Below are positions 11,121 through 21,671 of a stretch of DNA of 64,000 nt, one piece after another. The notes under the pieces are model-generated. The model worked only from the letters and a program-made list of their open reading frames with translations. It had not been told where the DNA came from and did not search any database. Source of the stretch: an uncultured delta proteobacterium (GTDB taxonomy: Bacteria; Desulfobacterota; Zymogenia; Zymogenales; Zymogenaceae); assembly GCA_963735595.1 (NCBI GenBank), contig CAVTLK010000001.1:320001-384000 (forward strand). The letters are read 5' to 3'. Each line of letters starts with the position of its first letter. Position 1 is the first letter of the stretch. Position numbers and translations under genes: made by a program.

Positions 11121-11909
11121 ATGAAGTCCGAAATCCTAAAAATCGAAAATCTGATGAAATACTACGGCGGAGTTGTTGCCGTTAACGATGTCAGTTTTTC
11201 AATATACCAGGGAGAGATTCTTTCGTTGATTGGCCCAAACGGAGCCGGTAAGACAACCGTTTTTAACTGTATTACAGGGCTCGCGCACCCAAACGCCGGA
11301 GATATATCCTTCGCCTCGAACGGTAAACTTCGGATGATCGCTAACCCCAAAAAGATGCTGAAACCGGATGTGATAACCGAACTTGGTATAGCACGAACGT
11401 TCCAGAATATCAGACTCTTCAGCAGCCTTTCCGCGCTCAATAATGTAAAGGTCGGCAGGCACTGTCGGTCGAAAAAGAATGTTTTCGGCTCCATCCTGAG
11501 AACTAAAAGCCAAAGGACCGAAGAACAGGATATCTTACGAAAATCTATTAAGTACATCGTATTCGTTGGGCTTGAGCAGATGATTATGGAGATATCATCA
11601 AACCTCTCGTATGGTGACCAGAGGAGGCTCGAAATCGCTCGTGCCCTTGCCAGTGAGCCAAAGCTGCTACTTCTCGACGAGCCGGCCGCCGGCATGAATC
11701 CAAAAGAAACAGCCGATCTTATCAACCTTATCAGAAAGATCAGGGAATCGGGTGTAACGATTCTCCTTATAGAGCACGACATGAAAGTCGTCATGGGTAT
11801 CTCTGACCGGATTGTTGTCCTGGATTATGGGAGAAAAATAGCAGAAGGCATTCCGGAAGATATTAGGAATAACCCGAAAGTCATTGAGGCATACCTGGGA
11901 ACCGACTAA
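11121..11909 (+). CDS. livG: LIV ABC ATP-binding protein LivG-like
   Basis: GPNGAGKTT, RTFQNIRLF, LSYGDQRRLEIARA, LLDEPAAG, IEHDM. Confidence 0.92.
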   Translation: MKSEILKIENLMKYYGGVVAVNDVSFSIYQGEILSLIGPNGAGKTTVFNCITGLAHPNAGDISFASNGKLRMIANPKKMLKPDVITELGIARTFQNIRLFSSLSALNNVKVGRHCRSKKNVFGSILRTKSQRTEEQDILRKSIKYIVFVGLEQMIMEISSNLSYGDQRRLEIARALASEPKLLLLDEPAAGMNPKETADLINLIRKIRESGVTILLIEHDMKVVMGISDRIVVLDYGRKIAEGIPEDIRNNPKVIEAYLGTD

Positions 11910-11911
11910 AA

Positions 11912-12622
11912 ATGCTTGAGCTCGTAGATATATATACTTCTTACGGGAATATTGAAGCCCTCAAGGGTATCTCTCTTTTCGTCAAGGAGGGAGAAATCAT
12001 AACGCTTATCGGCGCTAACGGCGCCGGTAAATCGACCACCCTGATGACGATTTCTGGCGTTACTCCGGCCCGAAAGGGAACCGTACGTCTAATGGGAAAG
12101 AACATTGAGCGTTGCTCCACCGACGAGATCGTTAACCGCGGCATCTCACAGGTTCCTGAGGGAAGGCGGATATTCCCGTTCCTTACCGTGAAGGAGAATC
12201 TCTATATGGGTGCATACTCCCGCGGAAAGGATCCACAGGTCAGGAAGGATCTCGATAGGATGTTCGATATATTTCCGATTCTCAGAGAGAGGCAAAAACA
12301 GTTAGGCGGCACACTCTCGGGAGGCGAGCAACAGATGCTTGCCATCGCGCGCTCCCTTATGTCCGATCCAAAATTACTACTCCTCGATGAACCGTCACTG
12401 GGTCTTGCTCCTATGATAGTAAAGAGTATTTTTGATGTTATTACAGAGATAAATAAGAAGAAGGGAACGACAATACTCCTTGTTGAGCAAAATGCACGAA
12501 TGGCGCTTCAGGTATCGCAAAGAGGGTACGTACTCGAAACAGGGAAAATAGTCCTTGAAGATAAATCGGAAAATCTCATGATGAACGAATCGGTAAAGAA
12601 AGCCTATTTGGGTGAAAACTAA
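11912..12622 (+). CDS. livF: LIV ABC ATP-binding protein LivF-like
   Basis: GANGAGKST, VPEGRRIF, LSGGEQQM, LDEPSLGLAP, VEQNA. Confidence 0.92.
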   Translation: MLELVDIYTSYGNIEALKGISLFVKEGEIITLIGANGAGKSTTLMTISGVTPARKGTVRLMGKNIERCSTDEIVNRGISQVPEGRRIFPFLTVKENLYMGAYSRGKDPQVRKDLDRMFDIFPILRERQKQLGGTLSGGEQQMLAIARSLMSDPKLLLLDEPSLGLAPMIVKSIFDVITEINKKKGTTILLVEQNARMALQVSQRGYVLETGKIVLEDKSENLMMNESVKKAYLGEN

Positions 12623-12635
12623 CAGGAGCAACAAA

Positions 12636-12923
12636 TTGGAAGACCGGAGAAAGGAAGAGCTCTTTAGTAAAAAGGTAAAAGCGGGAAGACGTACGTATTA
12701 TTTCGACGTAAAGGAAAACGTTAACAGCGACAAGTACCTCATTATATCGGAAACAAAGGCGGTTGATTTCGGAAAGCAGGATCGATTCAGAATCATGGTA
12801 TTCCCGGAGGATATAGATAACTTCCAGGAGGCATTCACCGAGGTCGTTAGCTTTATCAAGAGCAATAATTTTGTTCAATCGCGGCGCATTGAAGACGAGG
12901 AGGGTGAAGAAAAGGACGAATAA
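12636..12923 (+). CDS. PUR-domain (DUF3276-like) nucleic acid-binding protein
   Basis: ELFSKKVKAGRRTYYFDVKE..KYLIISE..RFRIMVFPED pattern. AGGAG RBS before TTG at 12636. Confidence 0.8.
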   Translation: MEDRRKEELFSKKVKAGRRTYYFDVKENVNSDKYLIISETKAVDFGKQDRFRIMVFPEDIDNFQEAFTEVVSFIKSNNFVQSRRIEDEEGEEKDE

Positions 12924-12997
12924 AGGAATACTGAAAATAAGAATATTAGTTTACATAATATATCTTATCAGACATAACCGTTTTCCCTCAGCTATAC

Positions 12998-14281
12998 CTA
13001 TCGCTTGTCTTCTACGGCCTTTTTGCCTCGCAGACTTCCTCTTTCGACCGGTTTTATCCTTGCTTCTATCTCAAACTCCCGTTTGAACTCCGTTTCCATT
13101 GCTTCAATAATCCCTTTCTGCACTTTCATTTCGTCCGAGAAAATATTCTCCGAGACTTCCACGAGTATGTCCATAGAATCTCTATATCCTGTTCTGCCAA
13201 GGACTATACGGCACTTCTGGCCGGCAGATTCCTGCCTTGTTAAGAACCGCTCTATCTGAGCCGGATATATGTTTATGCCGTTAAATACAATAAGATCGTC
13301 AACCCGCTTCTCAACCGCCTTCATCTTTACGTGTGTTCTGCCACAGGGACATATGCTCTTATCGTAGTATAGCCTCGTTATATCCCCGGTCTTAAACCTC
13401 AGTATTGGAAACGCCTCCCTGGTAAGCGTTGTCAATACGAGCTCGCCTTCATGTCCGATCGGAAGCGCTTTTTCCGTTGTCGGATCTATAATTTCAGGAA
13501 TAAAATGATCCATAAATATATGAAGGCCGTCCTTCTGTTGACACTCCGAGCCGATACCGGGTCCAAACACAGACGCCACCCCGTAGTTAAAAATAGCCGA
13601 TACGAATAGTCCTTCCTCGATATCAGTGCGCAACGCTTCGGTCCACGGTTCGGCACCAAGTACTGCATGGCTCATTGTCAGGGTCTTGGGATCGATCCCA
13701 TGATTACCGAGCTCCGACGCAAGGCGTTTTGCGTACGACGGTGTTGTGATAATCGCCGTTGTTTTGTAATCCTGGAGTATTTTAATCTGCTTATCGGTAT
13801 TGCCAGTTGATGACGGGATAACCGATGCGCCGATTAGCTCCGCGGCGTAGTGGTAACCAAGTGCGGCTGGAAAAAGCCCGTATGGATGGGTTATCTGAAC
13901 GGTATCGTTTTCCCCTATACCTGATAGGTAGAGCGCCCTGGCTATCAAGTTCGACCAATTCGCGAGGTCATTTCTCGTATAGCCGACAATCCCCATATCG
14001 CCCGATATCTCATGGACACGCACGACGTCCCGTAATGGAACGGCAAACATACCGTACGGGTAGCTCTCCTTGAGGTCATGGCGTGTCGTAAACGGGAGTT
14101 TTTGCAGGTCTTTTAGAGACTCGATACGCTCCGGGTCTACTTTCATCTCGGAAAACTTCTTGCGATAAAACGTTACGCCATGTCGGTGAATTCTATAGAC
14201 CGTAGCCTGGAGACGCTCTAACTGTACCTGTTCGATCTCGGAGATCGGCATTGCCTCGTAGGTCTTATCCCATATCCTCAT
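12998..14281 (-). CDS. phenylacetate--CoA ligase-like protein with degenerate P-loop
   Basis: PaaK fold markers [45 protein letters not shown]. The SSGTTG and YGLSE motifs are altered. Confidence 0.8.
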   Translation of the reverse strand: MRIWDKTYEAMPISEIEQVQLERLQATVYRIHRHGVTFYRKKFSEMKVDPERIESLKDLQKLPFTTRHDLKESYPYGMFAVPLRDVVRVHEISGDMGIVGYTRNDLANWSNLIARALYLSGIGENDTVQITHPYGLFPAALGYHYAAELIGASVIPSSTGNTDKQIKILQDYKTTAIITTPSYAKRLASELGNHGIDPKTLTMSHAVLGAEPWTEALRTDIEEGLFVSAIFNYGVASVFGPGIGSECQQKDGLHIFMDHFIPEIIDPTTEKALPIGHEGELVLTTLTREAFPILRFKTGDITRLYYDKSICPCGRTHVKMKAVEKRVDDLIVFNGINIYPAQIERFLTRQESAGQKCRIVLGRTGYRDSMDILVEVSENIFSDEMKVQKGIIEAMETEFKREFEIEARIKPVERGSLRGKKAVEDKR

Positions 14282-15044
14282 AATCGTCTTCCCTCCCGAG
14301 ATAGGCCTCTATTACCTCTTCGTTATTTCGAATTTCCGCCGGTGTCCCCTCTGCGATCTTTTTTCCATGATCAAGAACCACGATTCTCTCGCAGATACCC
14401 ATAACAAGATTCATATCGTGTTCGATCAGGAGGACCGTTATTCCCCGCGATCGTATTCTGACAATCATCTCCATGAGCTCCTCGGTCTCCCGGGTGTTCA
14501 TTCCCGCCGAAGGCTCATCCAGAAGCAACAACTTCGGTTCCGTTGCCAGGGCACGGGCAATCTCCAGCCTACGCTGCTGACCATACGAAAGAGTATCGGC
14601 CGGGAGGTCAGCCGCATCGATAAGGTCCAAACCCGAGAGTATCTCGTTGATCCGCGCGAGAGATTCTTTATCCTCACGGCCGGCGAGCTTTCCGCCAAAC
14701 ATCGCCGCCAAAAATCCCGCCTTTGTTCTGGCGTGACGCCCTACAAAAACGTTTTGGAAGGTCGTCATTCCTGAAAAAAGCCTAATATTCTGAAACGTAC
14801 GGGCAATTCCAAGGCGGGTTATACGATAGGGTCTTAAACCGGTAATCCGCACCTCGTCAAAGTAAAAGTCACCAGAAGTCGGGGGTAATACGCCGCTGAT
14901 GACGTTAAAGAAAGTCGTTTTCCCCGCGCCGTTCGGACCGATAAGGCCGACGATCTGTCCCTCCGGAATAGAAATAGTTACGGACGAAACCGCCGAAACG
15001 CCGCCAAATACCTTTGTAAGGGACTTTGTAGAGAACAGCGTCAT
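14265..15044 (-). CDS. livG: LIV ABC ATP-binding protein LivG-like
   Basis: GPNGAGKTT, RTFQNIRLF, LSYGQQRRLEIARA. Confidence 0.9.
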   Translation of the reverse strand: MTLFSTKSLTKVFGGVSAVSSVTISIPEGQIVGLIGPNGAGKTTFFNVISGVLPPTSGDFYFDEVRITGLRPYRITRLGIARTFQNIRLFSGMTTFQNVFVGRHARTKAGFLAAMFGGKLAGREDKESLARINEILSGLDLIDAADLPADTLSYGQQRRLEIARALATEPKLLLLDEPSAGMNTRETEELMEMIVRIRSRGITVLLIEHDMNLVMGICERIVVLDHGKKIAEGTPAEIRNNEEVIEAYLGREDDYEDMG

Positions 15045-15766
15045 TCCCCAACCTCTCTATATCCCCTGCCGAGGTACGCCCGTTTCACTTCATTATTGTT
15101 CAGAAGCGACGTCCGTTCACCATCCAGGATAAATTTACCTATTTCCATGACGTATCCGCGATCAGCGACGGAAAGGGCGGCGCGGGCGTTCTGCTCGATG
15201 AGCAGTATCGTTGTCCCCATTTCTTTGAGGTCTTTGATAATTCTGAAGACCTGGTGAACCATCTTGGGGGCCAGCCCCATCGACGGTTCGTCCATCATGA
15301 TCAGCTTCGGCCTGCTCATGAGAGCACGGGCAATCGCAAGCATCTGCTGTTCGCCACCCGAAAGGGTGCCCGCCTTTTGCTGGTACCGTTTCTTTATGAC
15401 CGGAAAGAGCGCATATACCCGATTGAGATCCTCAACAATTGACTCTCGGTTATTTCGTGAAAATGCGCCCAGTTCGAGGTTATCGCCCACCGAAAGGCGG
15501 TCAAATATCCTCCTCCCCTCCGGTATATGAGAGATACCCATTCTTACGATCTTGTCGGCGGAAAGGCCGGTGATAGCCGTATCGGTAAAATAGATTTCGC
15601 CCGCGGTCGAAGGTATAAGACCCGAGATTGCCTTAAGGAGCGTCGATTTTCCCGCACCGTTCGCACCGATGATAGTAACGATTTCTCCAGCTCTGATATG
15701 GAGGGAAACGCCCTTGATCACCTGGACATTTCCGTATCCAGCGTTCAGATTCTTAATCCTGAGCAC
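15041..15766 (-). CDS. livF: LIV ABC ATP-binding protein LivF-like
   Basis: GANGAGKST, PEGRRIF, LSGGEQQM. Confidence 0.9.
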   Translation of the reverse strand: MLRIKNLNAGYGNVQVIKGVSLHIRAGEIVTIIGANGAGKSTLLKAISGLIPSTAGEIYFTDTAITGLSADKIVRMGISHIPEGRRIFDRLSVGDNLELGAFSRNNRESIVEDLNRVYALFPVIKKRYQQKAGTLSGGEQQMLAIARALMSRPKLIMMDEPSMGLAPKMVHQVFRIIKDLKEMGTTILLIEQNARAALSVADRGYVMEIGKFILDGERTSLLNNNEVKRAYLGRGYREVGE

Positions 15767-16685
15767 GGTGTTTTATCCCAAGTAACGTGTTAAGCGAGAA
15801 TTTTCTGCCTGATTTTGACTTTCCCATTAGTCCCTGCGGGCGTATGATAATAATGAATACAAGAAGCAGTCCATAGGCAAGCGTCTGGAAATCCGGAAAC
15901 TTATCCGAGATTCCCGGAATCCCCTTTATGACTATCCTCAGAAGTTCGGGAAGAAACGTCAATATCGCCGCCCCAACAATAGACCCGGCAATGCTCCCGA
16001 TCCCGCCGAGCACCACCATGCAGAGGATGACGATTGACGTGGAAAGGCCGAAGGTATGCGGATCGATAAAGTGTACATACGCGCTGTAAAGAGATCCGGC
16101 GATTCCCGCAAACGCCGATCCAATTCCAAATACCATAACCTTATACTTCGTCGTATTGATTCCCATAACCTGGGCAACCGTTTCATCGTCCCTGATGGCC
16201 GAAAGGGCCCTGCCGATCCTTGATGCCTTTATCCTGTACATAAACAGGATAGTGACAATCGTCAGGAAAAGCGAGATTGCAAAGAATCGCGGTTTTGACG
16301 CCATTTTAATCCCGAATAACACCGGAGATGGGATACCCATAAAACCGTCTGTGCCGCCCAGATACTCGATATTGAGCGCGACAACAACGAGAATAAGACC
16401 GAATCCGAGTGTTACGATCGCCAGATAATCGTCCTTGAGTCGCAACGTAGGAATGCCAAGAAATACACCGAAGAGACCCGCTCCGGCCGCGGCAGCAAGC
16501 AGCGCAATAGCATACGGGGCGGAGAAATTTACTACAAGGATGGAACTGATGTATGCGCCAATGCCGTAGAAAGCGGCGTGGCCGAGTGAAACTTGCCCGG
16601 AGAAACCAATTATCAGGTTCAGAGAGAGCGTCAGTATGATATATATCAACATGATAATGAGGATATGAAGGAGATAGACTGTCAT
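15753..16685 (-). CDS. livM: LIV ABC permease LivM-like
   Basis: GQVSLGHAAFYGIGAY, LRLKDDYLAIVTLGFG, GRALSAIRDDE. Confidence 0.9.
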   Translation of the reverse strand: MTVYLLHILIIMLIYIILTLSLNLIIGFSGQVSLGHAAFYGIGAYISSILVVNFSAPYAIALLAAAAGAGLFGVFLGIPTLRLKDDYLAIVTLGFGLILVVVALNIEYLGGTDGFMGIPSPVLFGIKMASKPRFFAISLFLTIVTILFMYRIKASRIGRALSAIRDDETVAQVMGINTTKYKVMVFGIGSAFAGIAGSLYSAYVHFIDPHTFGLSTSIVILCMVVLGGIGSIAGSIVGAAILTFLPELLRIVIKGIPGISDKFPDFQTLAYGLLLVFIIIIRPQGLMGKSKSGRKFSLNTLLGIKHRAQD

Positions 16686-16694
16686 ACCAAATCC

Positions 16695-17555
16695 CTACTT
16701 ACCCTTTCCGAAGATGCCCGAAGGCCGCAGGATGAGAACAATAATCATGATCGTAAAGGCCACGGCGTCCTTCAGCCCTGACGAGATATAGGCGGCGCCC
16801 AGGTTCTCGGCCACTCCAAGGATGAGTCCGCCGATAATGGCCCCCGGGATGCTCCCTACCCCGCCGAGAATCGCCGCGGAAAACGCCTTGAGCCCGGTGA
16901 GCATGCCCATCGTCGGATAGGTCGCGTTATAGTATACTGCCGTCATGACGCCTGCCGCTCCGCTCAAAACAGACCCGATAATGAACGTCAGGGTTACCAT
17001 GGAATTAACGTTTATGCCCATGAGGCGGGCCGTATCGCCGTCAACCGCCGATGCGACCATTGCGCGTCCATACTTGGACCGTTTTACAAAGACGGTCAAC
17101 GCGACCATGAGGATGCCCGAAACCCCAAGAATCACTATATCAAGCATCGGGATCTTCGCGTCGAATATATGGACGATCGTATAGTCGATTGCTATTGGAA
17201 ACGGCCTGTTGTTCGGGCCGAAGAGAATACGCGCTAAACTTTGCAGAGATAACGAAACGCCTATGGCCGCAATTAGCGGAATAAGCGGATTTGAATTCCT
17301 CAGCGGCCTGAACGCGAAGCGCTCCATTAGGACGCCGACGGCCGAGCTTACGATAAGGGCAAGTATAAACGCAAATACGAAAGGAACATGCAGGCGGCTG
17401 ATGAGGAGAACGGCCGTAAAGGCGCCCGCCATATATATCTCGCCCTGGGCAAAATTAATGAGCCCAAGGATACCATAGATCATCGTATAGCCGAGGGCAA
17501 CCATTGCGTATATGCTGCCGGTCGCCAGGCCGTTTATAATCTGTTGTAGAAGCAT
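16695..17555 (-). CDS. livH: LIV ABC permease LivH-like
   Basis: MLLQQIINGLATGSIYAMVALGYTMIYG..INFAQGE, KAFSAAILGGVGS. Confidence 0.9.
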   Translation of the reverse strand: MLLQQIINGLATGSIYAMVALGYTMIYGILGLINFAQGEIYMAGAFTAVLLISRLHVPFVFAFILALIVSSAVGVLMERFAFRPLRNSNPLIPLIAAIGVSLSLQSLARILFGPNNRPFPIAIDYTIVHIFDAKIPMLDIVILGVSGILMVALTVFVKRSKYGRAMVASAVDGDTARLMGINVNSMVTLTFIIGSVLSGAAGVMTAVYYNATYPTMGMLTGLKAFSAAILGGVGSIPGAIIGGLILGVAENLGAAYISSGLKDAVAFTIMIIVLILRPSGIFGKGK

Positions 17556-17659
17556 ACCACCAAATAGGGAATCGCTACGTATCTGAGAGTCTAATAGTAG
17601 AATTCCGATATAGAAAATAGAAAATGACAACGTGAGTAAGGATGGTTCTTCCCTTGCTG

Positions 17660-17700
17660 TGAAAAGGGAAAACGAGGAGGGGGATAGCCCCCCCCTCGTT
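17660..17700 (-). terminator. intercistronic G/C-tract hairpin after livK
   Basis: Minus strand reads AACGAGGGGGGGG-ctat-CCCCCTCCTCGTT, then a T-rich tail. The single mismatch is a G-U pair only on the minus-strand transcript. Confidence 0.6.
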
Positions 17701-17714
17701 GCGGTGTTTTTGAA

Positions 17715-18857
17715 CTACTTCACCTTGACATACTTTCCGCTCTGAACTTCGAAGAGGTAAATACCACCCTTCTGGACATCACCGTTATCATCGAAGGAAA
17801 GTTTTCCCGTGACACCGTCGTAATCGGCCAGATTATCGATATACCCTTTGATCGCCGTGGGATCGGTTCCCACTTCCTTCATAGCGTCGGCCACGATGTA
17901 CGTCATGTCGTACGTGATGGCGGCAAACATGATGTTGTTCGGCTCATTGGGATCTGTATCGACGTACTCATAGTACTTCTTGATAAATTCCTTGTTCTTG
18001 GCAGTATCGTATCCTTCGTCGTATTCACTCGATACGACGTGCCCTTCTGCCGCCTCTCCGGCAAGCTCGATGTAGAGGGGCGCAATATCTCCATATCCGC
18101 CGAACGTGGGAGCCGTAATACCAAGCATACGCGCCTGGACGGCGGCAGGCGCAGTCTCCTGCAGGTATCCGGGGATGCAGATGATGTCAAACTGGGTTCC
18201 GGAAATCTTGGTAAGCTGCGCCTTGAAATCCTTATCACCTACCATGAAAGACTCGACGGCAACTACTTCCACACCCTTCTCACCGAAGAACTTCAGGAAG
18301 AGGTCTTTGAAGCCCTCGCCGTACGGCTCCTTGCTGAACAGGATTGCGGCCTTCTTGGCACTGTACTTCTCGATGGCGTAGTTAACCAGGGCGTCGACCT
18401 GCGCGTCGATGCGGGAACAACCCCGGTATATATACGCACCCGCATCGGTAACCTTAGGAGAGGTGGCCGTCGGTGTAATGAGGACGATCATGTTGTCTTC
18501 GGCGATAGGCGCCACTGCAAGGACTTCGCCGCTCTTCATGGGGCCGATGATGACCGGAACCTTGTCCACCGATATCAGCTTGTTGGCCGCATTGACTGCT
18601 TCGGCGTCCTTATCCTGGGAGTCCTCAAAAATAACTTCAAGGGGTCTCCCGTCGATGCCTCCGTTTTCGTTGATTTCCTTGACGGCAATTTCTATTCCCC
18701 GCTTCGCGGGGATACCGTCGGAGGCGCCCAAGGATAGACGAAGAATTGAACCGATAACAATCGGTTCTCCTTCCGGCGCGGCCTTTTTCTCGCAGCCCCC
18801 CAGGACAAACGAAAGGCCTACCATAACCACAAACGAAATAAGAAGAATCCTTTTCAT
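17715..18857 (-). CDS. livK: LIV/HAAT ABC substrate-binding lipoprotein
   Basis: Lipobox VLGG-C, EINENGGIDGR, IIGPMKSG, DFKAQLTKI, GVTGKLSFDDNGD. Confidence 0.88.
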   Translation of the reverse strand: MKRILLISFVVMVGLSFVLGGCEKKAAPEGEPIVIGSILRLSLGASDGIPAKRGIEIAVKEINENGGIDGRPLEVIFEDSQDKDAEAVNAANKLISVDKVPVIIGPMKSGEVLAVAPIAEDNMIVLITPTATSPKVTDAGAYIYRGCSRIDAQVDALVNYAIEKYSAKKAAILFSKEPYGEGFKDLFLKFFGEKGVEVVAVESFMVGDKDFKAQLTKISGTQFDIICIPGYLQETAPAAVQARMLGITAPTFGGYGDIAPLYIELAGEAAEGHVVSSEYDEGYDTAKNKEFIKKYYEYVDTDPNEPNNIMFAAITYDMTYIVADAMKEVGTDPTAIKGYIDNLADYDGVTGKLSFDDNGDVQKGGIYLFEVQSGKYVKVK

Positions 18858-18860
18858 AAC

Positions 18861-20172
18861 TCACTCCTCCTTTGTATGGCTTCGCATAATGACCCTATTA
18901 TCAGAACCTCCAACCTCTTTCATTGTGACATGCTCTACAAGCTTTACGTTGGCGCGGATACCCAGTATCTCCCAAAGGTCGTCCTTTATCTTAGCTATCA
19001 TCCGCTCCAGCACCTTGATCTCGTCTGAAAAGAGGGACTCTACTTCTTCTACGAGTATATCAAGCTCATCGAGTTCCTTTACCTTATGGATAATAATTAC
19101 GTGGGGGGGGATTTCACCCAATGCAGCGTCGATAATCTTCTCTATTTGTGAGGGATAGATTTTAACTCCCCGTATGGACAGCGCGTCGTCCGCCCGTTGG
19201 GACGGAGGCTCGATGGCCCTCATCGTTCTCCCGCAGGGGCACGTATCGGCGTCGACGAACCTCGTGATATCTCCGGTTCTGAACCTGATAAGGGGATAGG
19301 CCTTGGTGGTGATGGTCGTAATAACCAACTCACCGCTTTGACCGGTTTGGACCGGTTGTCCCGTCTGGGGATCTACGATCTCGGGGATGAAATGATCCTC
19401 CGCAACGTGGAGCCTGCCCTCAAGACACTCATAGGCGATTCCCGGTCCCATAGATCTCCGGTATCCCGTAACCTGACGACACCCGAACACCAAGACCTTC
19501 CTCTATTCGCGATTTAGTATCAGAAGACATCCGCTCACTGACAAGTATAGCGCGCTCGAGAGAGAGCTTGCCCCGGTCCACCCCAAGCTCACCAAGCAAA
19601 CCCGCCAGATGCAGGGCGTGTGACGGGGTTGAGACGAGACACGTTGTTTTATAGTCGGTCATGATCATGATTTCTTTTTCCGGATTGAGAAAACTCATCG
19701 GGATGACCGACGCCTCGATATTCTCGGCGGCAGCTGCCATCCCCCTTCCCCAATTTGCCAGGCCGAAAACAAAAGATATCTGGAAGATGTCGTCTGCGGT
19801 AATCCCTGAGGCAAAATAAAGCCGGGACAGAAGCTCCGTCCATACCCCGAGGTCGTTTTTTGTATATCCGACCACGGTGGGCTTTCCCGTAATTCCCGAC
19901 GTGGAGTTGATACGGACAATATCTCTCAGCGGGACGGCAAACAGCCCGTACGGGTAATTATAGCCCAGGTCGTCCCGCGACGTTAGCCTTAATCTGGCGA
20001 TGTCGGAAACGGACGTTATATCAGACGGGACTACGTTCCTGACCTTCATTTCGTTCTGATAAAACGGGATATTTTTGAAAGCCCGCTGAACGGTGCTCTG
20101 CAAACGCTCGATCTGCACCTGTTCTATCTCTTCCCTGACCAGTTTTTCGTATCGGCGATTATACATCCGCAT
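18861..20172 (-). CDS. divergent phenylacetate--CoA ligase-like protein (frameshift near 19450)
   Basis: [58 protein letters not shown]. Confidence 0.82.
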
Positions 20173-20175
20173 GGT

Positions 20176-20911
20176 CTACTCCCAAAACTCCCGATAGTCT
20201 CTGCCGAGATACGCCCGTTTTACGTCTCCGTCGCCGAGGAGCGCCCTCCCCTCCCCTTCCACTAGGACGTTTCCGGTCTCAATGACGTAACATCGATCTG
20301 ATATGGCCAATGCGGCCCGTGCGTTTTGTTCAATCAGAAGTATCGTAATTCCCTTGGTCTTTAAGGCCGGAAACAACCTCGATAATATCGGCCGTTATCC
20401 GGGGGGCAAGCCCAAGGGAAGGTTCGTCAAGTATAAGCAGCGACGGTCGTGCCATCAACCCCCGGGCAATCGCCAGCATTTGCTGTTCACCGCCGGACAG
20501 CGTGCCCGCCTTCTGGCCCTTCCTTTCCTGTAGTATGGGAAATATTCCGTATACTTCGTCAAGATCCCTGCGTATCTCTTTAGCCTTACCCTTTTTGTAT
20601 CTGAGGTATGCCCCTAAGCGGAGGTTATCCATGACGCTGAGGGAATTGAATATCTGCCTGCCCTCCGGTATCTGAGTCAGGCCCATTTCCACGATATCCT
20701 CCGGGCCTTTTCCTCTGATATCAATTCCGTTGAGATTATGGTTCCGCGTACCGAGGACACGACTGCCCGATATCGCGTTTACGAGGGTTGTCTTTCCGGC
20801 GCCGTTTGCCCCGATTATCGAGACGATCTCGTTTTCCCATACATGGAGCGATACGTTTTCGAGTGCAGTGATCTTTCCGTAGCACGAAGTGAGATTTCTG
20901 ACCCTAAGCAC
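20176..20911 (-). CDS. livF: LIV ABC ATP-binding protein LivF-like (frameshifted)
   Basis: GANGAGKTT, PEGRQIF, LSGGEQQM. The C-terminus IEQNARAAL..AYLG is in another frame. Confidence 0.85.
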
Positions 20912-21671
20912 CCGTACCTCCGCCGAGATATGCGTCAATTACCTTCTTGTTGTATTGAATCTCCCGGGGTGTTCCGTCGGCGATTTTTTTCCCGTAATCC
21001 AGGACGACTATCTCGTCGGAGATTTCCATCGTTAAACTCATGTCGTGCTCGACAAGAAGAATGGTAACGCCGCGCTCTCGTATTCTCCTGATCAGTTTTC
21101 CGAGATCCTCGGTCTCCTTTTCGTCAAGACCGGCCGCGGGCTCGTCAAGGAGCAGAACCCTCGGCTCCAGCGCAAGCGCGCGCGCAATTTCAAGATATCG
21201 CTGGTGTCCCAGCGGAAGTGAGAGCGCCATGGTATCGGCCTTTTCAAGCAGGCCGACAAAATCAAGGTGCTCACGGGCGCTTTCGTGTATACGACGCTCT
21301 TCTCCCACCATATGAGGAAACCGTAAGGCACAGGACAAAAAGCCCGCCCTGGATCGTACGTGCCTGCCTACCATGACGTTTTCCAGCACGGTCATGTTTG
21401 AAAAGAGCTCGATGTTCTGAAACGTCCGTGTGATCCCGAGGGCCGCGACGGCATCAGGCAGTCTTCCCGGCAATATCGACACCATCGTATATGATCCGTC
21501 CAGACGCGGGTCGATATACTCCGGTAATCAGGTTGAAACAGCGTCGTTTTACCGGCGCCGTTGGGTCCGATTATCGCCTTGATTGATTCTTCATCGACCG
21601 CAAATGAGACGCTCGGAGAGTGCCGCCACGCCGCCGAAGTTTATGCCGATATCTTCGATCGATATGATCAT
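20904..21671 (-). CDS. livG: LIV ABC ATP-binding protein LivG-like (frameshifted)
   Basis: MIISIEDIGINFGGV, IIGPNGAGKTT, RTFQNIELF, LPLGHQRYLEIARA, VEHDM. Confidence 0.85.

Noticed and set aside
18039..19158. Long plus-strand ORFs (232 and 249 aa) opposite livK and paaK-like genes
   Set aside because: These are antisense shadows of well-supported genes with no recognisable motifs. The same applies to 1006-1749, 11162-11794, 28201-29019, 42450-43337, 49630-50337 and 56687-57436.
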